This document shows positions 55,996 to 64,000 of a stretch of DNA of 64,000 nucleotides, one piece after another. The notes beneath the pieces are model-generated. The model had not been told where the DNA came from and did no database searches. It was given only the letters and a program-made list of their open reading frames with translations. Source of the stretch: Thermoanaerobaculia bacterium. GTDB taxonomy: Bacteria > Acidobacteriota > Thermoanaerobaculia > Gp7-AA8. Both the position numbers and the translations under genes were made by a program. The stretch is from NCBI GenBank assembly GCA_963715895.1, contig OY970284.1, forward strand, positions 2,441,484-2,505,483, written 5' to 3'. Position 1 is the stretch's first letter, and each line of letters starts with the position of its first letter.

Positions 55996-57498
55996 CTACG
56001 GCAGGAGCGCGCGGGCTGCTGCTCCGGCCGCATTGAAAAGAGGCGTTGGAAAGAGGCCGATGGCGAAGATGCCGATGAGTGAGATCAGCAGTGCACCGGT
56101 GCCGAAGATGTCTGCGTCGATGAGAACGGAGATCGGGAGCCGGGAGTCGGAGATTGCGTTAGTCTCACCATGCGAATTCGCGGTCTCGGGCTCCTTCATG
56201 TAGAGAAAGTAGACCACGCGCAGATAGTAATAGACCGAGACGATGCTGGTCAGGATGCCGATGAAGGCGATGGTCATATGACCGGAGTCGACGGCGGTCT
56301 TAAAGATGTAGAACTTGGCGATGAAACCGGCGGTGGGGGGGAGGCCGGAGAGCGAGAACATGCAGATGGTCAGTGCCAGGCCGTAGAACGGGCGGCGGAA
56401 GCCGAGGCCGGCGATGTCGTCGAGCGTCTGCGGATCGTTCTGGTTCTTGGCCAGCATGGAGATGACGCCGAAGGCGCCGATGTTCATCAGGGCGTAGGTG
56501 ATGACGTAGACGCTGATGGCGGCCACCGACTCATCGCGCAACGAGAGGAGAGCGATCAGCATGTAACCGACGTGGGCGATGCCGGAGTAGGCCAGCATCC
56601 GCTTCAGGTCGCGCTGGGCGATGGCCACGGCGTTGCCGATGATCATCGAGAGGATCGACAGCGCCGCCACCATCTTCATCCACGAGGCCTGCTGGATGAC
56701 CGGCGTCATCGACGAGAAGATGCGCACCAGGGCGATGAGCGTCGCTGCTTTGGGCGCGACGGAGAGCCAGCCGGCGATGGGTGACGGGGCGCCCTGATAG
56801 ACGTCCGGCGCCCATCCGTGGAACGGCGCCACGGCGAGCTTGAAGCCGAGGCCGGACATCAGGAGAATGAAGGCGATGGTGAGGAGCGGATTGCCGGGAT
56901 CGGCCGTGGCGAAGTAGCGCGAGAAGGCGGCCAGGTTCGTCGAGCCGGTGGCGCCGTAGAAGAGCGCCGTTCCATAGAGGACGAAGCCGGTGGCGAACGC
57001 CCCCATCAGGAAGTACTTGAGACTGGCCTCGTTGGAGACGGCGATCCGGCGGTGGAAGCCGACCAGGACGAAGATGCAGATCGAGAGTAGCTCCAGCCCG
57101 AGGATGACGATGAGGAGGTCGAGCCCCTTGGCCATCATCATCATCCCGACCGTTCCCCACATCAGCAGGGCGTAGAACTCGCCGCGCTCGAACCCCTCAC
57201 GGGCCAGGTAGGCGCGGGCGAAGAGCGTGGCCAGGACGGCGGCCAGGAGAAAGGTGTAGTCGAAGATCGCGGTGATGCCGCTGATCTGGTAGGTGCCGCC
57301 GAAGAAGTTGCCGCCGACGAGAAGGCGCTCGCTCCAGCCGGCGGCGAGGAAGACGATCACGGCCAGCGGCGACGTGGCACCGCGCAGTTTCGGAGCGAAG
57401 GCGTCGAAAAGGATCAGCAGGATGCCGCCGATCGAGAGGATCAGCTCGGGGAGGATGGCATTCAGCCAGCCGGGTTCGAGCAGCGGGGTCAGGTTCAA
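55996..57498 (-). CDS. nuoN: NADH-quinone oxidoreductase subunit N
   Basis: NuoN/ND2 antiporter-like TM protein; TTG start (SD ggaggtg) overlapping nuoM stop (TTGA). Confidence 0.8.
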   Translation of the reverse strand: MNLTPLLEPGWLNAILPELILSIGGILLILFDAFAPKLRGATSPLAVIVFLAAGWSERLLVGGNFFGGTYQISGITAIFDYTFLLAAVLATLFARAYLAREGFERGEFYALLMWGTVGMMMMAKGLDLLIVILGLELLSICIFVLVGFHRRIAVSNEASLKYFLMGAFATGFVLYGTALFYGATGSTNLAAFSRYFATADPGNPLLTIAFILLMSGLGFKLAVAPFHGWAPDVYQGAPSPIAGWLSVAPKAATLIALVRIFSSMTPVIQQASWMKMVAALSILSMIIGNAVAIAQRDLKRMLAYSGIAHVGYMLIALLSLRDESVAAISVYVITYALMNIGAFGVISMLAKNQNDPQTLDDIAGLGFRRPFYGLALTICMFSLSGLPPTAGFIAKFYIFKTAVDSGHMTIAFIGILTSIVSVYYYLRVVYFLYMKEPETANSHGETNAISDSRLPISVLIDADIFGTGALLISLIGIFAIGLFPTPLFNAAGAAARALLP

Positions 57499-59054
57499 CG
57501 GACACCTCCAACGTCGACGAATGACGGGGTATGGCGAGGGAGGGTGTTCCTGGCGATCATGGCCTTGCTGGCATCGGTCTTGTGGACGATCTGCAGGAGT
57601 TGCTGGACGCTCGGTGTCATCTTGCGCAGGAAGGTATTGGGGCGGATGCCGATCCAGACCATCAGGATGACCAGCGGGACCAGCGCGGCGATCTCGTTCC
57701 AGGCGATCTCGCGAACGTTGCGGTTCTCGTCCTTCGTGATCGGCCCGAAGAAGACGCGCTGGATGAGCCAGAGAAGGTAGATGGCCGCCAGGATGACTCC
57801 CGTCGCCGCGACCACCGTCCATCGCGGGAACGTCTGGAACGATCCAGCCAGGATCAGGAACTCGCCGATGAAGCCGTTCAGGCCCGGCAGACCGACCGAG
57901 GAGAGCATGGAGATGATGAAGAACGTTGCGAAGACCGGCATGGTCTTCGCCAATCCGCCGTAGTCGGCGAGAAGGCGCGTGTGCCGCCGTTCGTAGATCA
58001 CGCCGACGCAGAGGAAGAGGGCGCCGGTGGAGAGGCCATGGTTGACCATCTGCAGGATCGAGCCTTCGATCGAGGTCTGGGTCAGGGCGAAGATGCCCAG
58101 CACGCAGAAGCCGAGGTGGGAGACCGAGGAGTAGGCCACGAGCTTCTTCATGTCCGGCTGCACCCACGCCACCAACGCACCGTAGATGATGCCGATGACC
58201 GCCAGAGCGATGAGCAGGCCGGCGTATTTGGCGGTGGCATCGGGGAAGAACGGCAACACGAAGCGGAGGAAGCCGTAGGTGCCCATCTTCAGCATCACCC
58301 CGGCCAGGATGATCGAGCCGCCGGTAGGCGCTTCAACGTGCGCGTCAGGGAGCCAGGTGTGCAGCGGGAAGAGCGGGACCTTGATGGCGAAGGCGAGCGC
58401 GAATGCGAAAAAGAGCAGCGTCTGCGCGTGCGGCGCCAACGACGTGCCGTACAGCTCGGTGATGGCGAAGGTGATCGTTCCGGTGTCGTGGTAGTGGGCG
58501 AAGCCGAGATAGATGATGCCGAGCAGCATCAGCAGCGAGCCGGAGATGGTGAAGAGGAAGAACTTGATGGCCGCGTAGATCCGGTTCGCGCCGCCCCAGA
58601 CGCCGATCACCAGATACATCGGCAACAGCGTCAGCTCGAAGAAGACGTAGAAGAGAATCAGGTCGCTGGCGACGAAGACGCCGATCATGGCCGCTTCCAT
58701 GATCAGGAAGGCGATGACGTACTCCTTCGGATGCTTGTGGATGGTGTTCCATGAGGAGAGGAACACCACCGGCGTCAGAAGGGTGGTCAGCAGGATGAGC
58801 CAGAGCGAGATGCCGTCGACGCCGAGCGAGTAGCGGATTCCCCACTGCGGGATCCAGGCGAGCGACTCGACGAGCTGCAAGCCGGCCACCCCTTCCTTGA
58901 ATTGACCGACGATGCCGAGCGAGACGATGAAGGTGGCGATGGACGCGAGCAGTCCAAAGGCCTTGATCGCATTCGCCGCCGTCTTCGGAAAGACGAGCAG
59001 CAGCACGGCCGAGGCGATGGGGAGCCAGAGGGTGAGGGAGAGGACGTTAGTCAT
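57495..59054 (-). CDS. nuoM: NADH-quinone oxidoreductase subunit M
   Basis: NuoM/ND4 family (MTNVLSLTLWLPIASAVLL...); start ATG 59054. Confidence 0.85.
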   Translation of the reverse strand: MTNVLSLTLWLPIASAVLLLVFPKTAANAIKAFGLLASIATFIVSLGIVGQFKEGVAGLQLVESLAWIPQWGIRYSLGVDGISLWLILLTTLLTPVVFLSSWNTIHKHPKEYVIAFLIMEAAMIGVFVASDLILFYVFFELTLLPMYLVIGVWGGANRIYAAIKFFLFTISGSLLMLLGIIYLGFAHYHDTGTITFAITELYGTSLAPHAQTLLFFAFALAFAIKVPLFPLHTWLPDAHVEAPTGGSIILAGVMLKMGTYGFLRFVLPFFPDATAKYAGLLIALAVIGIIYGALVAWVQPDMKKLVAYSSVSHLGFCVLGIFALTQTSIEGSILQMVNHGLSTGALFLCVGVIYERRHTRLLADYGGLAKTMPVFATFFIISMLSSVGLPGLNGFIGEFLILAGSFQTFPRWTVVAATGVILAAIYLLWLIQRVFFGPITKDENRNVREIAWNEIAALVPLVILMVWIGIRPNTFLRKMTPSVQQLLQIVHKTDASKAMIARNTLPRHTPSFVDVGGVR

Positions 59055-59066
59055 TGCTTCGCCCTC

Positions 59067-59167
59067 GGGGGTCGGGGGTCGGGGGTAGGAGGTCGGAGAA
59101 GGCAGGCCGAGGGCGCGAAAACCAGAGCGGGTTTTCTCCGACTCCCGACCCCCGACTCCCGACTCCC
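59067..59167. repeat. hairpin with GGGGTCG / GGGAGTC heptad arms (about 33-bp arms, about 33-nt loop) filling the nuoL-nuoM spacer
   Basis: ggggtcgggggtcgggggtaggaggtcggagaa / ttctccgactcccgacccccgactcccgactccc. Confidence 0.75.
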
Positions 59168-59169
59168 GC

Positions 59170-61089
<1,920 letters not shown>

Positions 61090-61095
61090 GTACGG

Positions 61096-61193
61096 GAAGG
61101 ATGAAGGCAGAGGGCAGAAGGCAGAAGTGTGAGTCGAGAGGCCTCAGGCCGCTACGACTTCATCCTTCTGCCTTCTGCTTTCTGCCTTCATCC
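61096..61193. repeat. hairpin with GAAGGCA heptad arms immediately upstream of nuoL
   Basis: gaaggatgaaggcagagggcagaaggcagaag / cttcatccttctgccttctgctttctgccttcatcc. Confidence 0.75.
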
Positions 61194-61237
61194 TTTGTTC
61201 TCTCCTCGCATCTGCCGATGCGGGGAGCGTCTCCGCA

Positions 61238-61648
61238 TCAGCTCTGATCTTTTACACGTTCCTGGTAGTCATCGGAGGAGGCCGGGTCGAGCTCCCAGCG
61301 GTGTTCGTCGCGACTCCGTTCCTTTTCTCCGACTTTCAGCTCCTCGTCGTCGGCGTACGAGATTCCCATCGCCGCCGCCGTCTCCTCGGTGTCATTCTGG
61401 CCGGGGGTTGGCTGGCTCCCGGCCGACGCCTCGTCGCCCTGCGACTCGGCCATCTCCCACTGTGCGTCGATATCGCCTCCGGACAGCGACGGATCGACGC
61501 CGTTGTTCTCGCGCAACCGTCCCGCGAGCTTCTGCGTCCCCGCCTCGACGTCCGGCATGGCCGGCTCGATGCGGTCGTCGATGCCATTGCGATTCCTGTC
61601 CTTCCGCTCGTCCTCTTCCCAGTCAATGAGCTTCTCTGTCTTGTCCAT
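61238..61648 (-). CDS. acidic, low-complexity hypothetical protein (136 aa) inserted between nuoK and nuoL
   Basis: MDKTEKLIDWEEDERKDRNRNGIDDRIEPAMPDVEAGTQKL...; no TM, very acidic; flanked on both sides by heptad-arm hairpins. Confidence 0.5.
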   Translation of the reverse strand: MDKTEKLIDWEEDERKDRNRNGIDDRIEPAMPDVEAGTQKLAGRLRENNGVDPSLSGGDIDAQWEMAESQGDEASAGSQPTPGQNDTEETAAAMGISYADDEELKVGEKERSRDEHRWELDPASSDDYQERVKDQS

Positions 61649-61693
61649 TTTCGGCTCCTGTTGAGCCTGAAAATGCGACGTTCGTGCCGTCTT

Positions 61694-61781
61694 GAGCTGT
61701 TAGCTCTTAGCTGTTGGCTCTTAGGGGACCGAAGTCACAGATTTGGATGTCCCTAAGAGCTGACAGCTAACAGCTAAGAGC
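61694..61781. repeat. hairpin with AGCTNTT heptad arms between nuoK and the acidic ORF
   Basis: gagctgttagctcttagctgttggctcttagggga / tccctaagagctgacagctaacagctaagagc. Confidence 0.75.
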
Positions 61782-61787
61782 TTTCTC

Positions 61788-62090
61788 TTACCACCTCATC
61801 AAATTCGCCTCATCTACGTCGATCGTGTGCCGGTGATGGAACAGGGAGATGAAAATGGCCAGGCCGACGGCGGCTTCGGCGGCGGCGATGGCCATGACGA
61901 AAAAGACGAAGAGCAGTCCGTGGATCTGATGGAACTGGCGGGCGTAGGCGACGAAGGTCAGGTTGACCGCGTTCACCATCAGCTCGATGCACATGAAGAT
62001 GGTGATGCCGTTCTTCCGCGTCAGCACGCCGCAGACGCCGAGGGTGAAGAGGATGGCGCTGAGGATCAGGAACCAGTGGGTCGGAATCAT
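61788..62090 (-). CDS. nuoK: NADH-quinone oxidoreductase subunit K
   Basis: 100 aa, [49 protein letters not shown]...; start overlaps nuoJ stop (ATGA). Confidence 0.85.
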   Translation of the reverse strand: MIPTHWFLILSAILFTLGVCGVLTRKNGITIFMCIELMVNAVNLTFVAYARQFHQIHGLLFVFFVMAIAAAEAAVGLAIFISLFHHRHTIDVDEANLMRW

Positions 62091-62611
62091 AGTTTGTTCT
62101 CCCCCGTCGGAGGTGGGATTGCGCCCGTGCGGCCGCTGAGGATCAACGCGCCGACGATCGCCGCCAGCAGAAGGATCGAGACCATCTCGAACGGGAAGAT
62201 GTAGGCCTCGAACAGGCGGATCCCGACGGTCCGCGCATCCGAAACGAACGGCCCGTCGGGCAGCTTCGTCACGCCGAATTTGGCGAGGTAGTAGATGAGT
62301 GCCAGCCCGAATGCGGCGCTGGTGGTGTAGCCGAGGAACTGTTGCACCGGGCGCGTGCGGGGCTCCTCCTGATGCTGCAGGTTCAGCAGCATGATCACGA
62401 AGAGGAACAGCACCATGATCGCGCCGGCATAGACGATCACCTGCAACGCCGCCAGGAACGGCGCCTCGAGCAGCACGTACATCACCGCCAGCGCGAAGAA
62501 CGACGCCACCAGCGACAGCGCCCCCACCACCGGGTTGCGGTGCAGCACGACCACAGCCGCGAAGATCACGGCGATAGCGGCGAAGAAGAAGAAGATGGCG
62601 AAGGTGATCAT
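62087..62611 (-). CDS. nuoJ: NADH-quinone oxidoreductase subunit J
   Basis: 174 aa NuoJ/ND6-like TM protein. Confidence 0.8.
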   Translation of the reverse strand: MITFAIFFFFAAIAVIFAAVVVLHRNPVVGALSLVASFFALAVMYVLLEAPFLAALQVIVYAGAIMVLFLFVIMLLNLQHQEEPRTRPVQQFLGYTTSAAFGLALIYYLAKFGVTKLPDGPFVSDARTVGIRLFEAYIFPFEMVSILLLAAIVGALILSGRTGAIPPPTGENKL

Positions 62612-62618
62612 GGTCTCG

Positions 62619-62930
62619 GGGTCTCAAAACGTGGATACGGCAAGGGCATGGCAAGCACCGCCCCCTCATCCGCCTGTCGGCACCTTCTCCCCCAGCTGAA
62701 AAGCGCTGGGGGAGAAGGGCTCTCGATGTTAGGGAAGCGCAAGCTCTTGTTCTCGGGGCGGCCGCACGGTTCTGGAACTAATCTTCGCGTCACGCGCAGA
62801 GCCCAAGGCTTAGTACTGCAGACTGCTTGAGCCACTGGCCACGCCCTTTCGTCGAGAGTCCTTCTCCCCCCGCGGTTTTTTGCGGGGGGAGAAGGTGCCG
62901 ACAGGCGGATGAGGGGGGCGTATACGCGAC
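62619..62930. repeat. modular MITE-like element copy E occupying the position where nuoI would be expected (between nuoH and nuoJ)
   Basis: Same 57-nt modules as the other copies; right end gcgtatacgcgacataaacgat is homologous to the interior of copy A. Confidence 0.6.
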
Positions 62931-62969
62931 ATAAACGATCTACCGACCCTGGTTCGATTGAAAGCGTCG

Positions 62970-63974
62970 TCATATCCACCTCTTGGCGATGAACCACGCC
63001 ACGAGAACCACGTTCCCCAACGCCATCGGAAGGAACACTTTCCATCCGAGTTTCATCAGCAGGTCGTACTTGAGGCGGGGGATCGTCCAGCGGACCCAGA
63101 CGAAGATGAAGAGGATGATGCTGACTTTGACCAGGAAGGCCAGCACCGACACCGCGAAGCCGAAGGCGTTCGGCGGCTCGTTGTACCAAGGGATGTCCCA
63201 CCCGCCGAGATACAGCGTGGTGATCAGCGCCGACATCGTGGCCATGGCCATGTACTCGGACATGAAGAAGAGCGCGAACTTCATCGACGAGTATTCGGTG
63301 TGGTATCCAGCCACCAGCTCGGCGTCGGCTTCCGCGAAGTCGAATGGCAGCCGGTTCGTCTCGGCGAAGGCGGAGACGAAGAAGACGATGAAGCTCATCC
63401 ACATCGCCGGCGAGCAGATGTTCCAGGCCGGGAGCTTGATGGTGTTGAAGAGGACGAACGAGCCGGTCTGGCGCCAGACCACGTCCGTCAGCGAGAGCGA
63501 TCCGGCCACCATCAGCGCGCTGACCGCGGCCAGCGTGAGCGACAACTCGTACGAGATCATCTGCGCCGAGGCCCGGATGCCGCCAAAGAGCGAATACTTG
63601 TTGGCCGACGCCCAGCCGGCCATGACGATGCCGTAGACGCCCATCGACGCCAGCGCGAAGATCAGCAGGATGCCGATGTTGACGTTGGCGATGATCGGCT
63701 CGAAGAGGCGGCCGCCCGGCAGCAGGAAGGGCCGGCCCCACGGGACGACGGCGATCGTCGTCAGCGCCGGGATCAGGCCGAACATCGGCGCGATCGTGTA
63801 GAGGATCTTGTTCGCCTTGGCCGGCAGCATGTCCTCTTTGAGCACGAACTTCAGCGCGTCGGCGAACGACTGGAAGAGGCCGAAGGGTCCGACGCGGTTG
63901 GGGCCGGGACGGTCCTGAATCAGCGCGCTGCCGCGCCGTTCCACCCAGACCATGATCGGGGTGACGTTCAGCAT
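62970..63974 (-). CDS. nuoH: NADH-quinone oxidoreductase subunit H
   Basis: 334 aa NuoH/ND1 family (MLNVTPIMVWVERRGSALIQDRPGPNRVGPFGLFQSFADALK...). Confidence 0.85.
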   Translation of the reverse strand: MLNVTPIMVWVERRGSALIQDRPGPNRVGPFGLFQSFADALKFVLKEDMLPAKANKILYTIAPMFGLIPALTTIAVVPWGRPFLLPGGRLFEPIIANVNIGILLIFALASMGVYGIVMAGWASANKYSLFGGIRASAQMISYELSLTLAAVSALMVAGSLSLTDVVWRQTGSFVLFNTIKLPAWNICSPAMWMSFIVFFVSAFAETNRLPFDFAEADAELVAGYHTEYSSMKFALFFMSEYMAMATMSALITTLYLGGWDIPWYNEPPNAFGFAVSVLAFLVKVSIILFIFVWVRWTIPRLKYDLLMKLGWKVFLPMALGNVVLVAWFIAKRWI

Positions 63975-64000
63975 CGCTCCCAGGACGACGGCGATTTTCA

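Overview
This window is a high-GC (about 65-70%) bacterial chromosomal segment. The gene content suggests an Acidobacteriota-like soil bacterium (inference only): an IPTL-CTERM-like giant DUF11 adhesin, two M3 dipeptidyl-carboxypeptidase paralogs, sortilin/BNR proteins, and a Rex-nuo cluster. I can support roughly 45 protein-coding genes.

Main gene blocks, in order:
- a CheR - CheB(methylesterase-only) - hybrid REC-PAS-histidine-kinase operon;
- two 100% identical IS4-family insertion sequences in tandem;
- two Dcp (M3) peptidases flanking an FMN reductase;
- a frameshifted sortilin/BNR gene;
- a radical-SAM/SPASM enzyme;
- a GNAT + NDP-forming acyl-CoA-synthetase fusion (Pat-like);
- a 2223-aa DUF11 tandem-repeat surface protein;
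- an Fnr/Crp pair;
- a 1208-aa pyruvate:ferredoxin oxidoreductase;
- a low-GC two-gene islet;
- orphan hypC;
- a LytS/LytTR two-component pair;
- Spy/CpxP;
- a MacA/MacB-type tripartite ABC efflux set;
- a parDE-like toxin-antitoxin remnant;
- dprA;
- a TPR lipoprotein, a secreted protein, and a 989-aa protease/beta-propeller/beta-barrel outer-membrane protein;
- a BNR protein followed by a MoaD-like Gly-Gly protein;
- rex;
- a nuoH-J-K-(acidic ORF)-L-M-N operon lacking nuoI.

I saw no rRNA, tRNA or CRISPR.

The most unusual content is non-coding:
1. A 30-nt hairpin element (caatgtgGGCACAGACActctTGTCTGTGCC) always occurs in inverted pairs. One pair is inserted in-frame inside the PFOR gene. 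Another pair is the exact target of both IS copies, with identical 9-bp target-site duplications.
2. Many long hairpins have each stem arm built from tandem heptamer repeats. The architecture is the same at every locus but the heptamer sequence differs. They sit in intra-operon spacers (cheR-cheB, nuoK-L-M).
3. There are five copies of a modular 260-320 bp MITE-like element built around a 57-nt hairpin module. One copy truncates a parE-like toxin gene.
4. There are several palindrome or tandem-repeat arrays (63-bp and 42-bp units).
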